DNA of 64,000 nucleotides from Felis catus (taxonomy: Eukaryota): the NCBI RefSeq assembly GCF_018350175.1, contig NC_058368.1, forward strand, positions 238,082,001 through 238,146,000, written 5' to 3'. The translations under genes were made by a program, and so were the position numbers. The notes below the pieces were generated by a model. It saw only the letters and a list, made by a program, of their open reading frames with translations, did not search any database and was not told the DNA's origin. This document shows positions 36,001 through 46,962 of this stretch, piece after piece (the stretch's first letter is position 1; each line of letters begins with the position of its first letter).

Positions 36001-36085
36001 CTTCCATTTCCCGGAACTTCCTGCCAGAAAGCAGCCCCAGGTCGGTGTCCCTGAACTTCTTCACTGAAACCACGAAGTTTCGAAT
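36001..36085 (-). pseudogene. GREB1-like exon (IRNFVVSVKKFRDTDLGLLSGRKFREME)
   Basis: tctag acceptor and AAG|gtaaat donor, open, phase 0 to 1; VVSVKKFRDTDLG vs VCAVDKRFLPDDNG. Confidence 0.7.
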
Positions 36086-36650
36086 CTAGATGCAGGTTTT
36101 CGTCTGGATGCCACTCCCTGACCCTTGAACTGCCCTCTGCTCCCGGTGCCGGCGGGTCCCTCCTGCCCCGTCTTGCCTGAACTCCACCTCCTTCAAGCCC
36201 CTCGGCTCGCCCAGTCCTCCCTCAGAGCTCCGTCTGAGATGTTTGCACGAGTGAGCCACTGCTGGGCGTCCATGAACACAGCAACCATCACCCACAATCA
36301 CTGCCCTTGACAGCGGCCTCTGACCTTCGCCCATGACCTTCACCGTGACCTCTCGTGACCATCGCCCGTGGCCGCTGACCAGGACTGCAGAACTGCCCGC
36401 CGTGGATTGGAACTTCCTCCCCTCGCGTGTTCGGGGCTCAGTCCAGGACACAGGACAGACACGTGTGTCGTGTGGGGTCCAGGATGACATCATTCTTGGG
36501 GAGAAAGCCGATGCGGTGTCACGGGCGCTCTGCACAGCCCCCTCCTCTCTGCTCGTGCCTGGCAGCTCTCGGACGCCCCCGAGAGCCTGGCGGAGAGGCT
36601 GTGCCGGCACCAGCACGGCGGGTCTCTCCGCTTGTGCACCCACCCCCCAC

Positions 36651-36769
36651 CCCCCGGAGCCCCAGGCCAGTGGAGACAGGAGCCCGGACGCAACGACCCG
36701 CCTGGGGAGCAGCGTTTTGGGAGATTTGCTGCAGTTCGCCGTGAAATCCGGCACCCGTTTGGCGTTTCC
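36651..36769 (-). pseudogene. Probable GREB1-like exon (GKRQTGAGFHGELQQISQNAAP...)
   Basis: cttaag acceptor and gtgggg donor, phase 1 to 0 fits neighbours; another frame also resembles GREB1 (VPDF...KSP), so the frame is ambiguous. Confidence 0.45.
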
Positions 36770-36874
36770 CTTAAGCAAATCAGGTTCAATTCACAACATG
36801 TGGGTTTCCAAACAAGTGCCATTTATTGACCTGTGCGCCACACCCGACCCAGGACGTGAGAAAATGACGCCCAC

Positions 36875-36934
36875 CTTGTCCGGCACAACAACGGACGACG
36901 GTCAGGACGAATATTTGTCCGCATTTTGTCCTTT
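36875..36934 (-). pseudogene. GREB1-like exon (ERTKCGQIFVLTVVRCCAGQG)
   Basis: ttttaag acceptor and AAG|gtgggc donor, phase 1 to 1; FVL...CCAGQG vs FQL...CCTTDG. Confidence 0.6.
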
Positions 36935-37281
36935 CTTAAAAATAGGGGCTCGGTCCCTGTCCACGGAGCCCCACACGAATCTTAGCAGTTTGGAAATGTG
37001 GATCTTGCGTTTAGATTTCAACAGCCCTCCCCCGAGGCGAGCCATACGTGCCTCGTCCTCCTAAGGGCCTGGCCTCGCGTCTTGAATCTCATTTTGCCTC
37101 ACGGGTCTGATTTTCGACCCTTAAAATACAGCGCTTTCCTCCCGTGCCCCACACGGCAGGCGGGCCACTGCGGAGACACTCGTGTGGCGTCTCCCGCGTT
37201 TCCTGACTCTGCGGGCTTACCTCCCGCCTCTGCAGTGTGATTGCTTCTTATTCAATTGATCCGTCTCTGCGTTAACTTAAC

Positions 37282-37340
37282 CTGCTCTTTCTCCCCACTC
37301 TTCCGAAAGGTAGCCGATAAGATACAAACGGAGAAATACC
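37282..37340 (-). pseudogene. GREB1-like exon (RVFLRLYLIGYLSEEWGERA)
   Basis: tcttag acceptor and CAG|gttaag donor, phase 2 to 1; VFLRLYL vs IFSQLYL. Confidence 0.65.
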
Positions 37341-37497
37341 CTAAGACATACGCACTGCCTCACGTGTTAATAAATATTTTAGTGTGTGTGCAAGCATACC
37401 CAGGTATGTACATAATGTGTTTGTGTGTATGTGTGTGTGTGTGTGTTTGATACATTCTGTTGTGTGTCCAGACCGTCCCTGGGTGTAAAAACTTTAC

Positions 37498-37578
37498 CTA
37501 AGTAGGAAAAAATAAGTCAAAATCGCTTGGGTGTTGGGTTTCACGTAAGAGACTGTCCTTTTGTGAGTTTTTCTCCAT
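37498..37578 (-). pseudogene. Candidate first coding exon (ATG at 37578, apparently frameshifted)
   Basis: AG|gtaaag donor; the phase-2 frame (NTQAILTYFFLLR) weakly resembles SIEASLRSNNLVPR; the ATG frame ends in TAG at the donor. Confidence 0.4.
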
Positions 37579-39584
37579 CACAAAGCAGTGTAGACACACA
37601 CACAAGTGTTAAAGATTCGAGCCCTGACCTTTAAGCAGAGGCCAGGCCGCCGGGTGCTTCTCGCTTCCACGGGGCCGGACCAGCAGCGCCTTGTTTTAAT
37701 CGACATCACGCATTCAAGGGGGAGGAGCGTCGAGTCACGACTCAGCCGGGAGCCGCGGGGCACAATATGCTGTGTGGGTCACAGGCACACGTCCTAAAGG
37801 AGTCAGCAAGCTACAACAGCATCTTTGTTATTAATCCGGAAATTGCATTTTTAGAACTGATATTGTGGCTACATAAGTCCCTGTTTTCCCTGTGGAACTC
37901 CTTCCCCTGAAAATCAAACCACCTTCCCTTTGTTCCCTCGCAGGTGCGCAGCCAACCCCGGAGGTGCTCCCACCTTGGTCGGCACGTCCTTCTGCTGCCG
38001 GCGTGTCGTCCCCCCGTGCGATGACCCACACAGATGGCCTCTCCAGGAAGGCCAGGCGGCGGGCCCAGCTGCGCCTCCAGAAGACAGATTGTCAGGCCAA
38101 GGGCTGACGGAGCAGTCGTGGGGCGTTTGAGGACCGCTGCTCCAGAGGCCGGGAGGACAGTCCTGAACAACAGGACAAGGTGGGAACAGCGTACCCACAG
38201 GACATGCACCCGCCGTGCGTTACTTGGGCCTCCTTTGTCTTGAGAGAAAGCCGTGCGTGCCCAGGGATGGGCGTTCCTGGAACAGTGTCCCACCCTCCCC
38301 GTGAAGCAGGGTTTCCCCACGAACCTGTGCGCTCAGAGAAAGCCGGAGGCCTCGAGGGGCCACCCACTTCTGAGTGTCTCCACCGCCAGGCCCCTCTCAG
38401 AGGGTCATGCAGGGGGCGCATCGTGGGGCGGACCACAAGGGAAGACCTCATACTTGAGGGAACCACAGGCCGCTCGCTGGGGCTCCAGGGATGGGCTCCT
38501 GGCCTCAGCTCAGCCACTCGTGGGCCAGCCCAGCGACGACCATGCACCAGGCTCACTTCCAGGCTCCGGTGAGACGTGTAGATGCCCACGAGCCGTGCTG
38601 AGACGCCCACTTGTGCTAACAGAGCGCATCCACAAATGTAAAGCATCGTCTTCCCACTGACCACTCCGGGATGCCGCTCCCCGGGCTGGGTGAGGGTGCA
38701 GGGTAGGGGCTAGCCCCGAGAAGCTGCGCAGTGGTTTTAGGTCACGGCTTCGGAAAACACAAATGCCACGCCAACGGGACGGGTGAACGGAGAAGCAAGG
38801 GTCCCGTGTGTGCGTGTGCGCGGCCCCCGCAACGATCACCCAGGTGTGCGGGCCCGGACCACCTGCCACCCTCGCTGTGTCCCAGCATCCGGGGCCTGGT
38901 GAGTGGGACAGATGCCTGGGCACCACCGAGGACAGCAGCTTCTGTGGGCAGATTCATTAGAAAAGAGTGAGGAAAGGACTCAGATATCCTGCAGCCGCCA
39001 TGCAAACCCTTTCAGGAAGAGTGGGCATCGGAGGCCGTCGGCCTGACACTGGGATTTGTAATTGCATGAATGCGTTTCAATTAATACTGCCTTAAACGCT
39101 GCCCATTTATTTACAGTGCGGTCGTTAACCCATTTGGTGCGCCGAGTATCAAAAGATAATGCAGACAATTAACATAATGTAATACGTTCTGAGCGTTCCT
39201 TCAGGCTCCTGCTCACGGTCGCTCTACAGCAATAAAATAGTTTCCTGTCATTACTTAAATGATGAGAACCGATGTTCAAAACACACAAAGCATTTCTTTA
39301 TTGTTGGGAAATTACTCGCTTGTCCAAGACCTTGAACCTCTGCCGAGAAGATATTTAAATTTCCTCCGCTGGAAACCCGAAAAGTTTGCTCAAGTTCTAG
39401 ACGTTCTAATGGATTTTAAAGTGGATTTTTAAAAAGTCACGCAGTCATTAAGTAACACTCCGGTTTGTCAGAACATCAGTCTTCCCTAATTTGCCCCCAC
39501 GCCCCGGTCCTCAGCCGCATATTTCAAGTGGACCAAAAGTTACCTGCTTTACAATTAAAAAAAAACAAAAACAAAAACAAAACA

Positions 39585-39812
39585 GGGGCATCTGGGGAGC
39601 TCAGTCCATTAAGCATCTGACTTTGGCTCAGGTCATGATCTCACGGTTCGTGAGTTCTAGCCCTGCATCGGACTCTGGGCTGACAGCTCAGTGCCTGGAG
39701 CCTGCTTCGGATTCTGTGTCTCCCTCTCTCTCTTCTTCTTCCCCACTGATGTTCTGTCTCTCTCTCTCTCTCTCTCTCTCGAAAATAAATAAAAACATTT
39801 AAAACAAAAAAC
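39585..39812 (+). mobile_element. Can-SINE
   Basis: SINEC head, (CT)n tract, A-rich tail. Confidence 0.9.
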
Positions 39813-40029
39813 AGCTGTGCTGCTGGACTCCCCAAGTCTCTGCTGAGTTGCCGGGAAGCCAGCATCTGGCACTGCTGAGGGACCACCGCCCGCTGCTGCC
39901 CAGAGCCCCACATCATGTGCTCAGGAACAAGGGGCGGTCACCCGACCTCCACCCCCAAGTGACCCAGCTCCCAGCCTTCCCTCTGAGGACATGAGGTGCC
40001 CCAGCAGGACGACCTGATTTAATTCCAAA

Positions 40030-40620
40030 AATTAAAAGACAAAATAAAAAATGTAAAATAAAGATACGGGAAAAATCAACAAGGCCCATGCAGATAAGAA
40101 GAGGGGCCTCTGTGACAATCGGGGGGAGTTATAGTACGACAGACACAGACAACGGGAAAAGACGGGTATTCTATAAAGGGAAAGGTCTCACCAGCCTTGA
40201 ATTTGTACTCCCGCAAGAACAGAGATACATACCAAGAAATATTGCAAAGGCTGTTATAAATACAAGGAGAAATGGACGGACCCACAGTATCTAGGGGAAC
40301 CTTTTACACAACTTTAGGCATCAGCAGACAAGTATCTAAAACAAGGAGGATTTTAATATAAATCTGGCAAGCTTGACCCGGTAGATAAAAAATAGTCGCC
40401 CGACAGAGCATAGAAACTAGTTTTAACCGTTGCCGGACGCTGACAAAATAGAACATCTACGGGCCGCAGGAAGGAGCTGAACTCACTGAGCCCGGGGCCG
40501 TGGCACCAACTCGATCAAACAGACACACCGCGTTCACCCTCAGTACACGTGCAGACACGCACACGCTCACGGGAAGCCTAGAGAGGACGCGGCGAGGAGT
40601 GACGACGCGGCCGGTGCGCG
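40030..40620 (+). mobile_element. Highly decayed L1 ORF2 (endonuclease-region) remnant
   Basis: Degenerate match to L1 endonuclease motifs. Confidence 0.5.
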
Positions 40621-41499
40621 TTGTCTGTACCGTCAGACCCCACGCCGCCACCCCTCCACGAGTCCACGAAGGCAGGGACCCAGCCACGGCCATAAGGCAG
40701 GCACCGAGGGGGAGCTATAGACGGTGTCATGTTAGTGAGTTCAAGCGAGGAGGCTCGCAGATCACCTCGGCCGGGGGGGGGGCCCACGGGGGAGTCGGAG
40801 CCTGCAAACCGAGAGAACCCACGGGGAGGGGGGAAGGGGCAGAGTCCAGGGTTTGCATTCTCAGCCCCAGAGTGAGGGCCGCCAGGGACGCAGCGGGGCT
40901 GTGGCGGCATCCAGCTCCCCGCGGACTCTGTCCTGCGTATACCTCCCTGTGGTGATACAGACGGACACCGTGCACCGAGTGGAGATGTGACGGACACGGG
41001 CAGACCCGGGCCAAACGCCTGGGGAGGCTCTCGATAGGCTCGCCCTCTGCTCAGAATTCCGGCCCGGCCGCAAACTGAGGAAGAAGCAGGGAGGGAGTCA
41101 GAGGGAAACTTGCCATAAAGGCAGAGTGCCAGCTCTCATTTCGGGACATTTGACCGTTCGCGAGGAAACCCACAACACCTGAGTGAAAACTGCGAGAGCC
41201 ACCTGGGGTGGAGACACCGAGGGGCCACACGGCGTGCCCCGGACCCTCTGCGGCCGGAGGGGGCGGTCCCAGGTGTGCCATCGGGGATCAGGACGATCCT
41301 GCTCCTTTCCGGTCTGGACGTCTTCCGTGGTTTCCTTGAGCTGTGTCTTCTCCCGCTTGGAGCCTCCAGCACAGGGCTGAGTGGAAACGCTGAGAAAGGA
41401 CATCCTCCCCAGCCTCACGGGGACGGACTCGGGCTCTGAGTGTGACGCGGGCCACAGCGGCCGCTTCTCTGAGTGTTCGGTAGCAGGGACGCCCTCTGG

Positions 41500-42935
41500 G
41501 CCTGCAGCCTTTGTGGGAAGGTTTTTACTGCAGGTTCAGTGTATTTAATGTGTATAAGGCTGTTCAGGAGATCTATTTCTTCTTGGGTGAGTTCTGGTCT
41601 TGCCGTCTTTCAGGGAGCATGTCCATTTTAGCCGCATCTTTAAATTTATTGGCAGGGGTGCCCGGATGACTCCGTCCGTTAAGTGTCCAGCTCTGGATTT
41701 CGGCTCAGGTCATGATCTCACGGTTTGTGAGTTCAAGCCCCGCATCAGGCTCTGCACTGTCAGTGCAGAATTCCCTCTCGCCCCCTCTCTGCTCCCCACT
41801 CACTCGCCTGCTCTCTCTTAATAAATAACAAATAAATAAATAATAAACAAATAAATAAGTAATTTTTTAGCACTTTAAAAAGATCACTACATTTATTGGC
41901 GTAAAATTTATTCAAACTATTTCCTTGTTATAATTTGAATATCACTAAAACCTGCCGTGATGCTATTTCTATCATTTCTGATATTGGTGCTTGTATTTTC
42001 TCTCTCTCCCTCCTTCCCCCGAGTGGACTTGAGGTTAATCAGTCTTACTGATCTTCTCAAAGAACCAGCTTTGAGTTTCATGGCTTTCTCTAACGTTTTC
42101 TGCCTTCTCCAATGTGTTGATTTCCACCCTGATGCTTGTTACAGGCACACCCTGCTTAATTGCGTTTCGCGTATGGCACTTCACACAGACCGTGTTTTTT
42201 ACAAACTGAAGGTTTGCAGCGACCCCCCCCATCAGCCAAGTCCGTCGGCATCATTTCCGACAGTATTTGCTCACTTTCTGTCTCCGTGTCACATTTTCGT
42301 AATTCTCTCGATATTTCAAACGTTTTATTTTTCTATTTGTTCTGGTGATCTGTGATCACTGATTACAACTGGCTGAAAGCTCAGATGATGGTTAGCATTT
42401 TTTAGCAATAAAGTATTTTTTATTTAGGGTGTGTACATTTTCTAGACATGATGCCATTACACACTTAATAGAGTCAAGGTAGTGGGAACACAACTTCTAT
42501 GTGCACTAGAAAACAAAAAAACTCACCTGACTCGCCTTATTGTGGTGCTCTGGAAAGAAACGGCAGTATCTTGGGGGTGTGTCTCTTTCTTTTCTTCTCT
42601 TGTTTTGGGTTTCATTTGCTCTTGTTTTCTAAAGTGGAACCTGACATCACTGATTTGGAACTTTTCTTCTTTTGTAACAATTTAGGAATTTAGTGCTACA
42701 ATATTTCCTGTAAGCACAGCTTTAGATGCACCTTGGAAATGGTGCCAAGCTGTGTTTTTGTTTTTGTTAATTTCTAATTCCTTCTGATTTCTAATTGGTT
42801 TCTTTTCTGACCCATGGATTATGTAGGAGTTTTGTTATCTAATTTCCAAATACTTGGAGATATTCTAGACATTCTTTTGTTGTTGAGTTCTAGGTAAATT
42901 TCACTGTGGTCAGAACATATACTTTTAACTATGTG
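41500..42935 (-). mobile_element. Antisense L1 ORF2 fragment with nested SINE (41655-41860) and Tigger1 derivative
   Basis: tctatttcttcttgggtgagtt, ttctcaaagaaccagcttt, tttcactgtggtcagaacatatactt motifs. Confidence 0.75.
42141..42584 (+). mobile_element. Tigger1-derived non-autonomous DNA transposon
   Basis: ta|caggcacacc...tttacaaactgaaggttt 5' end joined to gctcagatgatggttagcattttttagcaataaagtatttt 3' end. Confidence 0.85.
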
Positions 42936-42949
42936 TTTTGTTATGTTAG

Positions 42950-43105
42950 TGGGGTGGCTTTGGGACCCCATGTCAGGATGTGGGCTGGTCCCCAGGAGAG
43001 CCAGCCATGGGACTACAGGGCTGAACTTTCAGGCCCCACCCCCACCTCTGGGGGGGGGGGGTAGAGAGGGGCTGGAGGCTGAGTCAATGTCCAGTGACTT
43101 AAATG
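42950..43105 (+). mobile_element. MER21-like LTR fragment
   Basis: gggctgaactttcaggccccacccccacctctggg...agaggggctggaggctgagt. Confidence 0.55.
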
Positions 43106-44885
43106 TTCACAGAAAACGTCACTGTGTTATAACAGCATAAGTCATACAATTGAGCGAATACCAGCCTACATATATATGACCATGTAAGTCACTGCAGTGA
43201 CCGTCACACCCACACCGACAACGACTCGCCGACTCCACGCTGAGCACATGCCATCCTCGTCAGAAACCTTCCTCAGAAGGAGCAACGTCTCCTTTTCTCA
43301 TGGTGGGGGACATGCTTCAATCCGTAACCACAATGCTGTGTTAGAATAGTTTAAATTAATGTACATATTTTATAAAAACAAATCTAAAGTGGAGTCCCTT
43401 ATGTCAAGGACAAGATGGAGACAGTCAACACAGGTGCAGGAAGGAAGTAACCTCGCCTTACAGGAAGTCACAGCTGCTCTCACACATCGGCAGAGGGCAC
43501 CAGCTAGTCCCCAAGTGCCATCTCTGGGCTTCATGCTCCCGTGACTCAGCTACTGCGATCCGAGGAGGAGAGAAGACCAGTAGGCAACCAATCAGCTGGA
43601 AAAATAACTTCCCCATTTGTCCCCTAAAAGCCCCTTAGTCTGTGAGCAACTCGGAGCTCGTGGCTCCCACAGCCCTGGGTTTCCAGGCCGGTAGAGCAAA
43701 GGTTTCTAATCAGCTCATCTTTCTGCCTTGTTTTATTCAATGTGCACTGTTTGGTTTTTGACAATTTCAATAAAACTGTTATTTTATTAAAATATTCATT
43801 ATCTTATCAAAGCATTCATCATTTTATTAAAACATTGACCACTCACTCTAATCGTACAAAATTGGCCAGGTTGTTTTCTATAAAAACACCTCTTTATAGA
43901 AGGACTTTTCTCTACCGACAGCTGGAAAACACCCAAGGGTTTGGTGCAAAAGAGAGAGTCCAGAACCGACCGTGGCAGGTGACCAGCCATCAGCAGGGCG
44001 GGAGCAGCGGAGAGCCGGGTGCCGTAGTTCAGGGAAAGACACTGGAGTCGCCCAAGGACACGGGTAAGGACGTCGCAAACGTGCCCACTGCCTCGCTGCT
44101 GGGTGTCACTAACACAGCCCACAACATTCCTAGTTCGTGGCTGTGGAGGAAAACTCAGAGCATCGAGGAAAACTAATGGCGTCCATGGGGTGTGGGGGTG
44201 TCTGTGTGGAACGACTGGGCTGCCACGCGGAGCAGCAGATAAAGCACCGTCCTCAGACTTCCGCTGCCCCTCAGCATAGGCCGCGCATCTGCCCCATGGC
44301 CCATCCAGCCGCGTACACCGCCTCGCTGGCGGCAAAGACCCATGACCGTTGCACATCAGAACCCTAAGCATGGCTCACGACACGTTCCACGCCAAGTCCG
44401 TGTACGCTCACACTGGGGAGGTGAAGGGGAAAGGAAGAAGTACGTGGTGCCCGCCTCGGCCAGCCGCTCCCATTTGCGAAGGCGGCTGGGTGCCGGCCAC
44501 CGTCTGCAAGGCGATCCCGACACACCGGGATCATAATGGGAACATTTTTATACGGAGCCGCTTGGTAAGTTCCAGTCTTGGGTGGCAGTTAGCCACACGA
44601 GGGGTAACCAGGTAGCCACGTGCCCGGCTCCGCCCAAGGTAGGGGCGCAGCCGGAGCCCCACCCCGACAGCCGATGTGCCCAGGGTCCGATCACGGGTAC
44701 TAGCCTTTCTTTTCACTCCCTCTTCGTTTTTATATGGCAACAAGGACGAAAACGTACTCACCCAGATGACTTCATCACCTCAGCTGTACGAGTGTCCCCC
44801 ACCTACAAGGTCCTGAGCAGACTGCAGTCACACCAACGGACGACTTGGTTTTTGTGTGTCGGTCCCTATAGAAAAATCCAGGCTT

Positions 44886-45092
44886 GGGGCGCCTGGCTGG
44901 TCCAGTCGGTTAAGCGTCCAACTCTTGGTTTGGGCTCACGTCATGATCTCATAGTTGGTGAGTTCAAGCCCCGAGTTGGGCTCTGTGCTGACAGCATGAA
45001 GCCTGCTTGGGATTCTCTCTCTCCCTCTCCCTCTGCCTCTCCTCCAGAAGCACCTTCTCTCTCTCTCAAAATAAATAAATAAACATTAAAAA
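44886..45092 (+). mobile_element. Can-SINE
   Basis: SINEC consensus. Confidence 0.9.
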
Positions 45093-46215
45093 CAGTCCAG
45101 ATCTTGCTTGCAATATACATTCTAGGATTTTAATCTATAATGATCAGAATTCAAGTTATCTGTAGGTTGACTGTATGAAAATTGAGTTGCCTATGGCTTT
45201 TTCCCCTCAAACAATATGATCTAGGAAGATTTATAAAAATATCCCCCCACCCACATCATCAAATTGTTACTGTCCTGACCCTGTGGGTTCCTGCCCAGAT
45301 GGCGTCTTATCTGGAGGGTCACCAGCGACTGCTTAAAGCAAATTACTGAATATTTACAAAAACCATCATATATGTATGTTTGCCGTTTGGGCACAAAATT
45401 TTTTAGTGACTTTTAGCATAGGAATATCATTAATAATGAACTTTTCCCCAGAAATCTTGTTACCACCTCGCAGGGCCATAAGAGACCACAGACCGGTGTG
45501 GCACCTGCCACCGGGCTAAGTGGCAGAGAAGGTCCTGCTTCATGAAGGTGGCCTCAGGGGACAAGGCAAAAGAAGGCTCTCGTGACAGATTTTACTCAGG
45601 AGTGACCGAGGGCAGGAAGCACAGTGCCTTGTCCACTCAGGACGGAGATGATGACAATGACAAAAACGGGAGGGTCGGGGTTCCCCCACGGAGGGAAGCA
45701 GAAGCTGACTCCATCACCCGAGACTCAGAAGGACGCAGAGTAGGAAAGAAAACACGATGCCGGCGACCGCGGGGTGGTTCGTTGATCACAACTGCCCCAG
45801 TGGCATGCAGCGAACCACACGGAGGAGGCGTGTGTCGTGGAAGTTCGAATTAAACTGAGCGTCGAGGACCATGGACGGGAGGTGAAAGTTGTGCTCTCCG
45901 CTCACAGGCGAGGGGAACTCTGCAGGTGTTAGGGAGCGTGTCCGCGGCATTCCCGCAGGAGCTGGGGGTCAGGTTTGTCCCCTTGGTCATCACCGTGCCC
46001 GAACCGCACACTGTGCACAGACTTTCCCGCCCGGACTGTTGCAGACTCTGCGAGAAGTGTCGGGAAAGCCCTTCGCAGCCAAAACTTACTAGGAAAGGTT
46101 CCGTGTGGCTACATCTATATGCAGGGAGTCTAATGTTTTCCACGTCTCCCCCTATTTATTTTCTAAACTGAGAGATTTCTATTTCTGTTTCATCGCATTA
46201 AAAACATTAATTACC

Positions 46216-46434
46216 GGGGCACCTGGGTGGCGCAGTCGGTTAAGCGTCCGACTTCAGCCAGGTCACGATCTCGCAGTCCGTGAGTTCGAGCCCCGCGTCA
46301 GGCTCTGGGCTGATGGCTCAGAGCCTGGAGCCTGTTTCCGATTCTGTGTCTCCCTCTCTCTCTGCCCCTCCCCCGTTCATGCTCTGTCTCTCTCTGTCCC
46401 AAAAATAAATTTTAAAAAAAAGTTGAAAAAAAAA
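46216..46434 (+). mobile_element. Young feline SINE (SINEC_Fc-type)
   Basis: Near-consensus; TSD aaaaacattaattacc. Confidence 0.95.
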
Positions 46435-46748
46435 ACATTAATTACCGAAAACCCAACAACTTCCTGTTTTTCCTACAATATATCACATGGATTTTTTATA
46501 ATATTCTGAAATACTGGTAGAGAGCTGAAGCTCAGCACAGAATTTGATATCTCAAATTTTAAATTGAAATTGCGCTCATTGATTTTTAACTGTTGCTAGA
46601 ACAGTTTTCTTTAACTTACCAAAATCACATCAACAGATACAACAAATCACCTGTACGTTTTATGTAATGCAGTAAAAATGGATCTGAGGGCTCTAAGGGG
46701 TCAACGACTTAAACGTAACAAAGATTTTCATTTTCCCTGGAATGTGTT

Positions 46749-46962
46749 TAAAAAAATTTTTTTAATGTTTATTTATTTTTGAGAGAGAGGCAGAATATGA
46801 GCGGGGGAGGAGCAGAGAGAGAGGGAGACATGGAATCCGAACCAGGCTCCGGGCTTGGAGCCGTCAGCACGGAGCCCGACGTGGGGCTCAAACTTTCAAA
46901 CTGAGAGATCATGACCTGAGCCGAAATCGGACGCTCAACCGACTGAGCCACCCAAGCGCCCC
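46749..46962 (-). mobile_element. Can-SINE
   Basis: Reverse-complement SINEC; TSD aatgtgtttaa. Confidence 0.9.

Larger units (their letters stand above)
1..37578 (-). pseudogene. Unprocessed pseudogene of a divergent GREB1/GREB1L-family paralogue (3' end runs off the window)
   Basis: About 27 exon-like segments, most with GT-AG ends and matching phases; their peptides match GREB1 blocks in the correct order; multiple in-frame stops, frameshifts and an exonic SINE. Alignments by eye to recalled sequences. Confidence 0.8.

Noticed and set aside
35224..36067. Several overlapping 120-260 aa Pro- or Gly-rich ORFs
   Set aside because: They are translations of the C-rich minisatellite.
1..37578. 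Calling the locus GREB1 or GREB1L itself, or a processed pseudogene
   Set aside because: Both genes are strongly conserved in mammals while this sequence is only remotely similar; introns are present throughout.
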